Assembly: GCA_964247055.1 (NCBI GenBank) | Contig: OZ176052.1 | Coordinates: forward strand, 5,890,001 to 5,954,000 | Length of the DNA: 64,000 bases | Reading direction: 5' to 3' | Source of the DNA: Paragordius varius | Lineage: Eukaryota; Animalia; Nematomorpha | Shown here: positions 1 to 13,900 of the stretch, one piece after another | Position numbering within the stretch: position 1 is the first letter of the stretch | How the letters are laid out: each line of letters starts with the position of its first letter | Made by a program: the position numbers and the translations under genes | The notes under the pieces: generated by a model | What the model was told of the DNA's origin: nothing | Seen by the model: the letters and a program-made list of their open reading frames with translations, nothing else | Databases searched by the model: none

Positions 1-1891
1 TAGGGAATCCAAAATATGTAGCATCTATATATGGTAAATATATTTACAGATATATTTTGTTTAAACGATAACTAAAAAGGTTACTTATCATTTTCATTTT
101 GATTGGTAACAGTATAATTTTATGAAATTTTATTCAATTAGATGGTACGATTTTTCTTAATGGTTTTTTAAAAAAAATTTTCAGATATCATATTAATAAA
201 AATATACTCAAATATATCATTTGTGGGATAGATCACATTTAATCGCTTTTTTGAAATCAACATTTTGGTTTCAATTGACCCTAACTAAAATTTAAACAAT
301 TGAGATTAAAAAGTAAATTTCCATTTTTTCAATGCCCACTAGGATTTACATTTGTATTTGCGCTAGAAATCCCCCGCCTATTTTTAATTAAGATCCTCTT
401 ACGAATCGAAAGTGATTTGTTAGTAAGGAGAACATTTATATAAATTTTAAAAATAGACCAAGATAAATATATTTATTGTGGCAACAAATGTCAATTCCCA
501 AATAAGTAAAATAAAAATACAATTATATCCGGTGGATAAAATATGTTTATTGATAAGTTAATGTAAAATAAACTATTATTATGATATTTAATGTTGTTGG
601 GCAAATCTTTTTTTTACTTACAGTTTAGAGGAAAAATTCTAATATTATTTTTTTAGATCCGATTTGTTTGACTCAGCTACAATGATACGCTGCACATTTT
701 TCAGAGGATATAAACACAAGATATGAAATAACCCGAGAGCTCTTGATCTTATTAATAGGGCATTTACTTGTTTTTTTATATGACTGGAATGCTTTTGAGC
801 TAAATTAAATTTAATAATTTATACATTTTAGAAGTTAGTTGTATGATGTTAAAATTTAATCTTACAGAAAATCATGATTATCATTTGTAATACTGTTTGT
901 CCTTTTTCAATTTCGCTGTATATAAATTAGCCATTTTTGAACGACGCACTTTGAAAACATATATATATTAATGGAATGAATAATTTTAAAGTTCTGAACT
1001 TCTTAAATTATTTTATTAATTTTATTTTTTCCCCTGTTTTAAAATATCTTATTACATATGTATTAAGATGACATGAAGAATGAATATTAATATCTCTACA
1101 TATATATTTCAGTGTTTTGATATCATGGCAGTTTTTTAATTTAACGATTTATTTGGTAGTTGGGACAAAAAACAAAATTAGAATTTTTATTTTTAAATTC
1201 AGAAAAAAGCTCGTGGTATATGTTGTATAAATTAATTTTTTTAGTATTGAATCAATTTTTTGATTTTCGAAAAAAATTCAAATAGTTCCATTACTATACT
1301 ATTAAAAGAAAAATCTTAAATATTAACAACGATATATATGTGGAATTTTCTGTAACTTTTTCTACTAAAATATATTCCTACATCATACTAATAGATTCTA
1401 AATTACTTGTGCTTTTTATATTCAGTTTTCATTTATTATTGGTATTTTTCGAGACTCAAAGTTTGTTTTAATTTAAAAATCAAGCGAAGAACTATTTAAG
1501 TTTTTTAAAAATTCACTATTCTAGACTCAATGTATTCTATAAAAAAAAATTAATTTAGAAAAGGCCAAAAAATATTTTCAAAAGAGTTTGGAATTTATTT
1601 TTCTTATCTCATGTTAAGCATATTTTGTTTAAAAATTAAATTAAAAAAACTAAAAATATTTTTGCAATTTTTTTAACATGTTTAACAAGAATATTTTTTT
1701 AGAATAATGATAATAAATTAAACAGGATCTATATTTAAAATTTTAAGTATCATTAATTTATTCCCTCCAAATAAATTTTGAAAATAATAAATAAAATTAG
1801 GATAGATTCACACATGTTGATTGTTAACCAAACCTTATGATTAAACCTAAATCTAAGGCCAATTAGCTACACAATTCTATATACATTAAAT

Positions 1892-2184
1892 CTAGATGGT
1901 TTTCAAGTCAAGAATGGCAACCTTGCTAGTATTAACTGTGATTAAATTATTACATGGCGGTTTAAAGACTCTGAAAATAAAATTAGAACAGCTCCAAAAA
2001 TTTTCAAAACTAAGTTGGTCCATACAAAGTTGTAATTGGAAAAAGGTTGGTTTATAAAAATATTGTTCGTGAAGCGGTTGTAAAAAGGAACCGGCGCCTG
2101 ACTTCCCATAATTTATTAAATCATATTTTGTATGATGGAAAGGCACCCTTTGATAAAATTCCTTGAAGGCCATATAGCTTTCTA
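1892..2184 (-). CDS. Putative terminal coding exon of an unidentified small gene
   Basis: About 97 stop-free codons in very AT-rich DNA, preceded by an acceptor-like tttttgtctttag and ending in TAG (ESYMAFKEFYQRVPFHHTKY...LDLKTI*). No family recognised; upstream exons not resolved. Confidence 0.35.
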
Positions 2185-3202
2185 AAGACAAAAATATCAA
2201 ATTTTTAGGACTAAATCAAATGAGGAATAAAATTTTATATTTTTTATTATAAAATATAATAATTTATTTTGTTCTGCTAGATTTGTATTAAATTTAGCAT
2301 TTTATTGAAGGATAGTTTCAAAAGTTTGGCATATTTTATTTAGATTTTACGTTTATTTATTTTTTAAAAAAATGTCATTATTTATACAAAAAAATAAATT
2401 TTGTAGGCTTGTTTGGAAAAATAAAGGAATTATTTTTAGGGCACCAAAACTGTCTTGGTAATAAAAAAATCGAAATGCAAATAGTGTCTCACATTGTTGT
2501 TTTTGAACCAGGGTGGTTTTTGAAAACCGGTTTAATTTATTCATAAAAATAACCAGATTTCGATTACAGGTGGTTCGAGTTCAAACCCTGTAATAATTAC
2601 GTTTTGAACTTAGCAATATTTAGTTTTTATCATAAATCAGATATCACATTAATAGTTATAATTTGATATTAATTATTGCCAGATAGAATTCAGGGTAAAC
2701 ATCGATTCTAAAAATGAAATACCTATTTTTTATTACTTACCAAATTTAGACCCATCAAATTTCTTTTACTGTTGTTGGTATCTAGCAATAATTATAAAAA
2801 CAATCCATTTGCACTCACACTGTATATTGTGGACAATTTTAGTAACTAATGAGTTTTTACAAAACATACAGTCATATATCCTTTATTTTATCTAAATATA
2901 TTTTTTTTCGTTAAATGGGAAATATTTGGTAAAGAATGAAAAAAACAAAGCTCTATGGTAATTCTTATACTTTTTTTGATGAATATGATATTGTTAATAC
3001 CGAGCTCTTGTTTTTCCATTTTTACCGAATACCTATACCCATTTAACAAAAAAAATAAATTTTTAATAAAATAAAAGATACATAACTGTAATAAGCAGAT
3101 TGTACAATTTATCAACAAATATTATTTATTTGCGTACATATGTTTTAATTGGGTATACTCAAAAATGTGTAGCCTAAAGCATTTTAGAACATTAACTTCT
3201 AA

Positions 3203-4256
3203 ATGGAAGATCAACACACATTAGATGGTTTGAAAAAATGTCCTTGGCCAACCTATATTAGTGGGCACACTGAACTCTATAGATATTTAAAAACACATCA
3301 GTAACGTAGTTATAAAATATAGGTTTTATAATGATCAAACTAACGAAAAAATGCATAAAGATAAAAAATTGGGTGAATTATTTTTAATATTTGGTAGTGG
3401 GCCTGATGCGGATTCAAAAGATCGATCCTACTGGTGTCCTGATGTTCGCGAAGCTATACCAGTTATAGAAAAAGTAATAATTAAATATGTTTTTAAAAGT
3501 TTAAAAAGTAATTTAATTACATTGGTAAATCAATAAAATTCTCGACTAATTTGTGATTCTACTTTTTATTTGAAAATCTCATTTACAATCGCAGTTAAGA
3601 TGATTTAACAAAGAGCCATATAAATTCCCTTTATGCATTTTTAAAAATGCAACTCCTTATTTACTCTTATTAAACCATTTACAATTTCTTTGTCAAAGAA
3701 TTAGAGCATTTAAATATTATTTAATAATGTTATGTGATACCCAATCTATGCTTTTAATATAGTTTTGATTTTTATATATATAGGTACCAGCCTAGACCAA
3801 ATATATGTTTTAGCAGTGGAATATTAGTTAATGATATATTTGTTAATATTAAATTTCTCATTTTCAGAATAATGATAATACAATAGTTTTGTTTCATTTC
3901 AAGCCTTGACGTAAGGGTAATCAGAATGACTCCCAAAAACTCTTTATAAATTTGTTTATAACTGTCTTTTTCTAAAATATTTATATGTCTATCTTTCTAC
4001 CATTGCTGAATAGGTTTATCATGAGATGGTAGCATCACCTCGTAATACTCACTTTTCGTGCGTTTACTGTTCGGTCGGGGAAAAGGGAGAATGGAAAAAT
4101 GTTGAAAATGCATTTAGAACCGATAAAGTTTTACCGTTAACAGCCATCCCAACCATATATCATTGGGGCACGGGTGATAAATTGGTTGATGAACAATGCA
4201 AATCAATACCCACTGTAAGACGCTTTTTTGAAAAACATCTACAACAACCAAAATAA
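3203..4256 (+). CDS. TXNDC17: Thioredoxin domain-containing protein 17 (TRP14)-like, 3 exons (~3203-3300, ~3323/3361-3473, 4014-4256)
   Basis: Motifs ISGHTELYRYL, FGSGPDADSKDRSYWCPD, CSVGEKGEWKNVENAFR, LTAIPTIYHWGTGDKLVDEQC match the TRP14 pattern (SGFEEF..., SWCPDC, VGEKPYWKDPNNDFR, TAVPTL, KLVESEC). Donor AAA|gtaata at 3474 and acceptor tag|GTT at 4014 are both phase 0. The exon1/exon2 junction is ambiguous. Confidence 0.88.
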
Positions 4257-5599
4257 TCGCTCATTTTGTTTTTTTACACAAATTTTATGTCTTTAATTAC
4301 CAATATATACACTTCCTTTAAAGTTTATGCACCGTTTGTTTTACACTCATTTTCTTTTTAGAAATTTATTATAAAATATTAATAAATATTTATGTTATTT
4401 GGCATTTGTAATATTTGTTATAAAGTGGGAAGATAAAAATTATTACTTTGTTTTTATATTACCTTGATTAATATTTATTAAGTATGAAATATTTATTTTT
4501 TGCCATTTTTTTTGTAATTATAGGCAGTAATTAATATTCTGTAAGGAAGGCGATATTATTTGAATTTTTAAGTATAATACTAGAGTTGGTAGTACTAAAA
4601 TATAAAATATCTGAATTTTTATTAACGAAAAAAATTAATGAAAACTTTTGCGATCGCTTAATTTTAAACAAGTTTAGTTGGACTTTAACCATTACAAATT
4701 ATATATTTATTATTATAAGCTAAAAATTGTAAATCTGTGACAAAAATAATGAATTATGTATTTTTTGACTCCCTTTCGCTACGTTAATTATTATTCAACA
4801 AAATCTTATGAATTTCGTTTTTTAAAGAACGGATACTTAAAACCAGGGATTATAAGAGTAATTAATACAGTTTGGTGTGTGTCTGTGGTTTTTAAAAAAA
4901 TTTTTGCAATATAAATTTATGTAATCATTTATGATATAATAAATTGGAAAAACTCAGATAATATATATAATATATAAATAAATATTCTATCCCACGAAAT
5001 GTCGTGAGAAAAAGCGTATTAAAATTTAAGTGATATTTTTTTAATATTTATTATTAAAAAATACGACAAAAAAACGCAATAAGGGAATGATATTTGTATT
5101 ATTATTGATAAATATCCATTTTATATTGTAATTTTCTTTCATGTTTTCTAGTTATTTTTTCAAAAAACTGTTACTTATACATTATTAATATTTTATGATT
5201 AATTTCTTATTTAGTATTTCTAGTGTCCAAAAAAGTTTTTTGAAACTACCATACTTATAATTTTAAAAATGTACATATATTAAATGTGTAACATGATGTT
5301 TGTCCTTTTTTGATATATCCAAATAATTTTGATAAAGATACGTAAAAATCACTTTTAAATTATAGTTATTATAAAATAATAATTTGAACTTTAAAGTGAG
5401 TAAAAAGATTATTAAGGCATTTTTTGATCTATTATTGATGGTAAATACATGATTGCTTTTTTAATAACGATAAAGTTTAAATTAAAAAAGTGATCAAATC
5501 AATATTTAAGTTTTGTTTTAACATTTTATTTTTCTCTTATTATGATTGTGAAAAACAATGTAATTTTTTAAGAAAAATCTACATATTTATAAAAAGGGA

Positions 5600-6235
5600 A
5601 AGTGGTGGCTTTGTGATCTGTTTCCGGAAAACCGGTAGATCCATTCAAATCCAAACATCGAAAAAATATAATTTTTAATGAATGCCCGACAATAGCTTCG
5701 CTCTTTTTTGAAATAGGCCCCCAGTTCGGGCCCACCCCTTGTGAAAAACGGTTTTTTTGAAAACAGAAGTCCACAAAAATCGTGTCTTTGACACAATTTT
5801 CCGGAAAACGCGTCGAACCATTCAATTTCAAATATGATTTTTTGTACTTTTTTCGCCGAACATAGTCGGCTCGCTTTTTTAATTTAGGCCCTCTTTTTAC
5901 CCGCTCCCCCCGTAAAATACCATTTTTAAAAAAACAAAGTCCACAAAAATAATTTTTTAAATCTATTTTACGCCCAAGATATGAGACCGTAAAAACTCAA
6001 TAAAGATTCCACGTATTCGCTATTAAGGCAAAAATTTTAGTCAAGCGTTTCTTTATAGCTGCTGGGTAAGGAGCTACCCGCTAAAAAATGATCCGTCATG
6101 TGGCTTTGTGATCTGTTTCCGGAAAACCGGTAGACCCATTCAAATTCAAATATCGAAAAAATATAATTAGTAATGAATGCCCCGACAATAGCTTCACCCT
6201 TTTTTTGAATTAGGCCCCCAGTTCGGGCCCAAAAT
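5600..6235. repeat. Locally repeated ~185-190 bp unit (about 3 copies)
   Basis: gtggctttgtgatctgtttccggaaaaccggtaga...ggcccccagttcgggccca occurs at ~5605-5735 and ~6100-6230; a degenerate copy lies at ~5795-5950. Confidence 0.75.
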
Positions 6236-6617
6236 TCATCTGCCCTTGATTTTACTCGTGATTGGAATGTCCGTGCAGCACATGTAACATAAGATAATAA
6301 TTTCAAAACAAGAGACAGATTAAATATTTTTAATTCCCAAATGTTAATCTTTTACAGGGTTATAAGGCACAGTAGTAAAAATATCCCAATAGGAAATTAT
6401 TCTGACAAAAAGATGTATCATGTTCTACCAGAGCTTAAGGTTTAGTGGCCTACAAGTCAGTTATAAAATTTTAACTATCGAATCGTGAATTTAACGCACA
6501 TTATGTTAAATCCAATTATTTTAGCAGAAGTTAAACTCCTCAAACGAAGTATTATCGTAATTAAATAATATAAAAAACAATTTTAGCATTAAAAATATCC
6601 AATATCTAAAACCGGTT

Positions 6618-6823
6618 CAAGGGTTTCTAACATGCGGCCTACGAGATAGTATGTAAGGCTCGCGAAAATTTGGAAATTACCAATATCCAAAATTTAATAA
6701 TTCAAATATATTAAAATCCAATGTCTTCGTATTTATAACAGTCTTTAAATAAAAATAATTTTTATAAATGCCCTTATTTTTTCGAATGGGGCCGCAAAGC
6801 CATTTGTGTTGCTAACCCCCTTG
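6618..6823. mobile_element. Degenerate hAT (Charlie-like) MITE
   Basis: 3' part gccgcaaagccatttgtgttgctaacccc is shared with the 19315-19594 element; left end caagggtttctaacatgcggcc. No clean TSD. Confidence 0.5.
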
Positions 6824-7935
6824 AGCCTAAATAATATAAACCCAAAAAGCCGTTAAAAAAATTTATTTAAAAAGGCCAGATAATAACAGTTTTTAAAAAC
6901 TTATACTTTGTTATTAATAAAAATTAAGCCGAATTTTGCCAAAGCATCTTTTAAAGAATGCTGCAAACAGTTGAAAATAAAAGTTTTAAGTTTATACTTT
7001 ACTGTTCAAGGTGTGAAGATTAAAATTTTAATAAAATATTCAATAAATAATTCGTTCGGCTTTCATTGAATTTTATATTTTTTAAAAACAGAATTATGAT
7101 ATATTTAGTGCCCTCAAAACAAGTAAATTTTTTTAAATTAAAAATAAGTGTTTTTATACCGTTTCATGCTGCAAGATACGTAAATTTTAATTTGTCAATA
7201 ATTTATTTTGTTGTTCAATTGATGTCCGGTTTGAAAAGCATCAAAAAACGGGTTGAGTTTTTTATTGATATATCAACACCCTTATAACAGACATTAGTTA
7301 TAATGCTATTGCACTTGGCATTCAAATATGATAGATTTATTTTTTTGTTACAAAAAACATGTGATGATGATTTGAGAATTTATATTAAATATATAGATAT
7401 TTTGTTGCAATTGAAATTTTGTGTTTGTATATAAATACGGTTAATATACATTGAAGAATGCGATTAAACTGTACAACATCTAAAGGGATTGGATTAGCGG
7501 TATAGTAAATTATATAAAAAATAGGGATATTAAAATTAAATAGTATATATTGTTACATAAATAGCGTAATCTATAGTTAAATTTTTTATTGTTATCGAAT
7601 AAGTTAAAAACATTATAAAAACTAAATTGAGAAAGTGTATGAGTTTAAAAATCTATTGTACGTTATTTACGAATAAAAAATAGATAACATTTACATTTTT
7701 ATATATGATGACATGCAAGTTAAAAATATTTTATATATAATTAAATTGAACTAAAATATGTGCTAACATTAATTATAATCAGTAATACATTTTTTTACAA
7801 AGAACAAACGCCAGAACTAAAAACCCACATTAATTAGATAGTGTATCATTTATTTGTGATATATCCCTAGGTTTATATTCAAATTCAACAGTCTTTCCCC
7901 CTTATATGGCAAAATACATTTGAATTTTAACTATA

Positions 7936-10900
7936 CTATTGTTTAGAGTGATCAGCAGAAGTGGATGCGTTGGAATTCCCTCCTAAACCATATATATTCT
8001 CATACAGGTTATATGAGTATGCTCCACCAACTGTCCCACTTTGATTCGTAATATTTAGAGTTGGAACATTGTTTCGATGATTATTTGGAATAAGGTTGTG
8101 GACGATATTTCCGCTATTTATAAAAGGGTTTTGAGTGCTGGAATTCATTACAACATTATAATTGTTATTTAAATTTGCGCCATGTTGAATGTGCGGTTGT
8201 TGGTTTAATTGTTGCACCGAAGGAATTATCAAGGGTATATTGTGGTGTTGTTGCATATTTATAATATTATTTGGTTGATTTGAATTTTGAATCAATCCAT
8301 AATTGTGAGAAACACTGTTAGTATGGGGTGATATTAAATTTTCTATATTGTACATGTGATTAATAAGAGTGCCTGGCTGAGTGTGTTGCGTATGCGTTAA
8401 ATCAATCGCTTGTTGGTTAAAAGTAGGAGCTGGTATTTTGTGTGATTTTAAATTGGGTAAATTTGGCATGCCAAAATTAGTTGGTATGTTATTACTTATA
8501 TTATGATTATTATTTATATTATTGATATTGCTATTTACAACATTATAATGGTTTGAGATCATAGGGTGTTGGTTAATAGCTATATTGCTATTAATTTGAT
8601 GTAATTTAGGTGGCGGCAAGCCACCTTCAAATTGGTCATTAATATTATTATTATTATGAAACATGGTGCTCGTTTGGTGACTCTGTGGATTATTAACAAA
8701 TTTATTTCCTAATTTTGCATTGTTTAGGTTAGATGAATGAGTTTGAGACATATTAATATTAGATGCAGGTATATTAAAAAAGGGTAAATTAGTTAAATGA
8801 TATGGGTGATGGTTTGATGACTGATTACTTGATTGATCTATAACACATAATGTATATTAAACTAAATAATATTTTATATTTATTTTTTTATCCTTAAAAA
8901 AGCAAATTTGGGTCAGATTTATCTATGCACTTGAAATCATTATAATTTCTTTAGATTAAATTATAAATAAAGGCAGACATTGAAAACCGAAAAAATGCGT
9001 AATTTCCCGAACTCGGAAATATACAAATACAAATTGTACGTTCATTAACTTACCTAATGTTTTATGAGAACTTCTTTCACCACTTAATGGGGTAGTTTGA
9101 TTCATGTTATTTGTACTACCAAAATTAATTTCAAATATATTCAAATTGGTAGCCGTTGTATGAGATTGATTCCCTAAAAAGTCAGGAGGATGATGAGATT
9201 TTTCAGGCGTATTCGTAAACGATTTGTGTTTTTGGGAAGTTTTGAACAAATTTCTACTTGGATTATTAGCTGCCTTAGCATTTTGCTGATTTTGATAATG
9301 AACCATTGGACTCGATAAAGATGATGGTTTCGAAACCTTGATGTGGACTTTAGGAATGGTGTTGGATAAACCAGGCTAAGTTTATATACGAATTTTATAT
9401 AATTCTGCAAAAAATATGGAGCTAATTATATTTAATTTATTGAAGTTACTAAAATCTACCGAATTCTCTGTCACAGGTTGAATAACGTATGAAACATCCT
9501 CCGATAATTGTTTGGCTATATAATAACATAATGTAAAAATTATTATACACTGAAATAAAATTAAATGAATCAGTTTACAATTTCAAAAAAGTATTATTTT
9601 AAAATATTTTTTTGCAGATATTTTGAATTACATTTTTTTATTTTTTGGCTCATTTTGTGAAAAATGACTTTTTTAATATTAAGTAAAACATAACTGTTTT
9701 TTCCCTTGTTAACTTGATTAGAGTTTGTTAATATATTCAAAAGCGTTTTGTATTAGACCATATAAAATGAGAATTTGTATAATATTCACGGACAAGAAAT
9801 TATTTTCGTATTTTAATGCTAACGTATAATGGTAATATTACTTAATTAAAAAATTATGACTTATTTTCATATTTTTATGTGCGGTCCCGCTTTTTTACAA
9901 ATATAATGTTGATCAAATATTTTATTTGTATAAGATACATTTTCTTGGTTTCTGATGATGAGGGTTAAGAAATCGTGCTTCTCGGTTAGCTTTCAGATTT
10001 TTTATGTCTTCATCCTCTTCGTCATCATCGTTCGGGTCAAGTTTTAACATCATTTCTTTGAACTATAGATCATAAAAAATACTTGCAACAATTTCTAAAT
10101 AAAATACTGATTTTAAAATGTATTATATTATAAATATCGTTAATATCAAACAATTTAGTATGGTTTTAGTTGGTTATTGATTTATTAGTCGTTTAGTGTT
10201 CATATCCTTAATGTTTTTTAATTAATATATTCTCGTCTATAAAAACGAAATTAAAAACAAAACCTGTACAAGATGATATTTACCTCCAAATATTGTTTTA
10301 TGAGATTTAATTTATCTTGCATGTTGTATGTGGAAGTTGAAATATCACGATTAGAGCCCAGAGATATTTGTCTCCTTAAATAATCCAACGTGGATTGCGG
10401 ATTAAATGTAACTAAGGATCTACGAGTGTTGTTGGCTAATGGTTTGTCAAAAACTTTATTGTTTTCAAGGGGTGAATAATTTGACACTTTGCTAAATAAA
10501 TAAAGCATTTGGAATTAAAGAACAAAAATAAAACATTAAGCAAGATAAATACATTCAATCAAACCATTATTATTAGACTATGGACAATAGCACATATTTT
10601 TACTACGGCAACTTTAAAAAAAATATATACATTAAATTGGATCAGGTTTAATAGTGATATGATATGGCTTTAAATTTTGTTAATAAAATTTTTTTTGGAA
10701 TTACTTATCAGAAAGGTTATATAGGCTCTTAAGAAAGCCCCTAAGATACAGTAACAGAAAATATCCCTGAGACGCGACACAACACTCATGTAGCGCAAAT
10801 GGTTGATCTGGTACCATATCTACAATGTATATATAAATAGTGTGTATTTTATGGATAACAATAAAAATTTTTTGAAACAATTATGATAAAAACATATTAA

Positions 10901-13900
10901 TTAAAAATAAATTAAGTTTTACTTAGCAATTTATCAATATCATCGTCATCTTCATAAATATCAGAATCATGATTTTTGGTTGCACGAGTATCTTTCCCAA
11001 AACACTATTATAAAAAATAGTCTAAAAAATGTGAAAAATTTTATATGTAACACTGAGATACAAAATTTATATCCTCTTTAATTGGATTGGAATTTATATG
11101 ATGATATAGGAAATTTTACCAGGCTTTAAATAAAAAGAACTCATTTTCAAAAATTCAGACAATATCAATTACACACCAACATAAAAACTTATTATTATCC
11201 ATAAATATACCTCAGCAAAAGCTTGAAGAATGTTAGACCCAGTCACACTTGTCATAATTTCCATTTGGTGAAGAACAAACAAAGGTTCTTCTTGAATTTG
11301 ATAAGGGAAATAAGCTAAATTGTCAGCCATGTAAAGGAGTTCCTCCAAATCAGTTTTCTTCAATTAAACAACAATAATAATATTAAATATGATAATAAAA
11401 GGCTTACGCATTTTACATAATTATGTTGAGTTTTATCGGTCATTAATAGAAATTAAACCAAAACTTAAAACATATGTTATGTCCTTAAAATTAATAAGAA
11501 ATAATAAGGTATAATTAAAATTTATATAAAAAACATTTAGTATGAAATGTAAAATGATATAAAATCTTGAAAAATTGCCATAAATATATTTTGAAACTTT
11601 TAAAACCAATTTGAACAATTTAATTGCTTTTGTTTGATTAAAATTAACTTATATATTTTACGTTTGTGATAATAATGACTGCTTATGACCATAAATTGCA
11701 TACAAAGTAATCGGACCGGTTACTATTTTTAGGCCCGTCAAAACTTTTTTAAACCCGCTAATTAATTAGATGATGTGAAATTTTTTTATTTATAATTCAT
11801 ACCGATTGTTCATCAAACAATTTGAGGAGAGAATCAATAAAAAATCTTCGTTGTGACTTAGAATTCCGCAGCAAAGTATACAAAAAACCAATAGATGATA
11901 TAGGTGAGGACGGCATCAAATTTTGAACTTGATTCGTCGATGAAGGTGTTAAAGTATTGGCATTAACCGTAGTAGTTGAGCCATTTCCTAAAATTATTTA
12001 TATAGAGGAATATATAATGTGTATGGAGGAGCCCAGACTTTCTAATTTTCCACCTCATAATGAGCTTGCTATTTTAATAAAATTAAATACACTTTGACCA
12101 TTTTTAAATAAAAACCAAGTTTTTAAGTATACTCGTTTGAAGCCAAGTGTACTTTCCTATAAACTTATTGCTTGGTTAATATTTTGAAATTCTAATAACA
12201 AGTCAAAAACCATTTTAAATAATTAAATTTAATAATTACTGTAAACCTCTCCAAGTTATTTTTTTCACTTTTTACTATTATTAGCCAATAAAAATTCTCT
12301 TTGCTGCATATGCTATTTGGCAATAATTAATAACCTTCTAGCAATGTATATCATACTATATTAAACAAAAATTTTAACCAGATAAATTGAGAGCGTCTTT
12401 AGTAGGTTGAAAAAAGCCCCGGACAAACATATCATTAATTAAATTTCCATCTGATTTATCAGGCGTTTTTGGATGCGTTGACACGGGTGGTAGTAAAACC
12501 TTTTGCAATTCATAAGATTTTCTAGCACCCATCAAAGCTTTCATCTAAAATATATAATTTTAACATAATAAAAAAGTTAGTAACTTAAAAATACAAGCAA
12601 ATTTTATTTTTAAAGCAACGTTTTTAAATAAAATTTATTTCGATTACTACTGTTAATCTGTGTCGAATGTAAAAGTAAAAATAAGGACTTGCTAAATTTT
12701 GTCAATTTCAGAACCATAAAACATTTTCCTTTTTAGATATATAAAATGTATAATAAGTATTACATCAATTAAAATAACAAGTTTACAATTATTTGTTGGT
12801 CATTTTAACCAAATCACCTCTGAACATAATATAAAGCATAATTCAGACAACTATGGAATTACTTGCCGTAGGGATATTAGTTTTTTTACCTTATTTTTAC
12901 ATCTTTTTGCATTAAAAAATATTCTTTACCACTGATGACAAAAGGATATATCCATTCAAATGTTTTGAGATGCTAGTACTTAATATGATGATTAGATAAT
13001 TATAACTATAACTTTATAATTTTTGATTTCATATCATATAATAATCGTGTATAATTAAAGGTTCATTTCATACTAGCTTATATATTATATCGACATCTAT
13101 TCAAACAAAAATTTTGTGTACCGATACAAAGCCAGGATATTTAATGTCAATTTCTCCCAACAATTTTATGGCTTTATTGCGCATGATTGATGAGGTGGCA
13201 TCCGTAGACATGGCTATAAGGTAGGGAATACATTGAACCGGATAGATTAATCCTTGGCGAACTATGGTAGCAAGAACATTACCTGCTCCAGATCTAACCT
13301 GCGCATTAGCATCAAGGGTACGATCCAATATATCCTTCAAATAGGTTTGAACCACTGCACTACTCAAACTATGTAATGAAAAAAAGATGAAGGGTAATCT
13401 GTAAAATGTAATAATTGATATTAAACCTCTTTTTGTGAGTTATGAGGGAACCGCGCTAAAACTCACAAAAAGTCATATTTATATTGATTCTTTTTTGCGA
13501 AATGCGCACAAAAAAGGTTCGACTATATAAATTGGGCCTAATTGATTCGTATTGTTTACAAAAATGACCAATAATGGTTGCTCAAAAACAAATAGGTTTA
13601 TACCACTGCACTATTTAAACTATGCAAGAAAATAATAATATGTTATTTTGTTTAACCTAAGAATTTCCGAACTGAGGAGCGTAGAAGAAAATAAGAAGGG
13701 CGTGAAAATATACATTTGTGCATATATGAAAATGCACGAAATATAAAGTTTGTTAACTTGAACATTTGTAATATATAAACAAACATTGTGTGTTTTGGCG
13801 ATTCTTAAACCAAATTATTCTAAGTTACTGACAAAGTTTTATATGACCATAAAGACATTCATAAGCGGTCAGACTGGGTATAAACCAAATGGTGATAAGG

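Noticed and set aside
1-760. Possible plus-strand exon fragments at the window start (GNPKYVASIY; SDLFDSATMIRCTFFRGYKHKI*)
   Set aside because: Splice-like signals are present, but no consistent frame or recognisable product could be built.
2090-2125. GKSGAGSF as a P-loop
   Set aside because: Lacks the GK[ST] lysine and the surrounding NTPase context.
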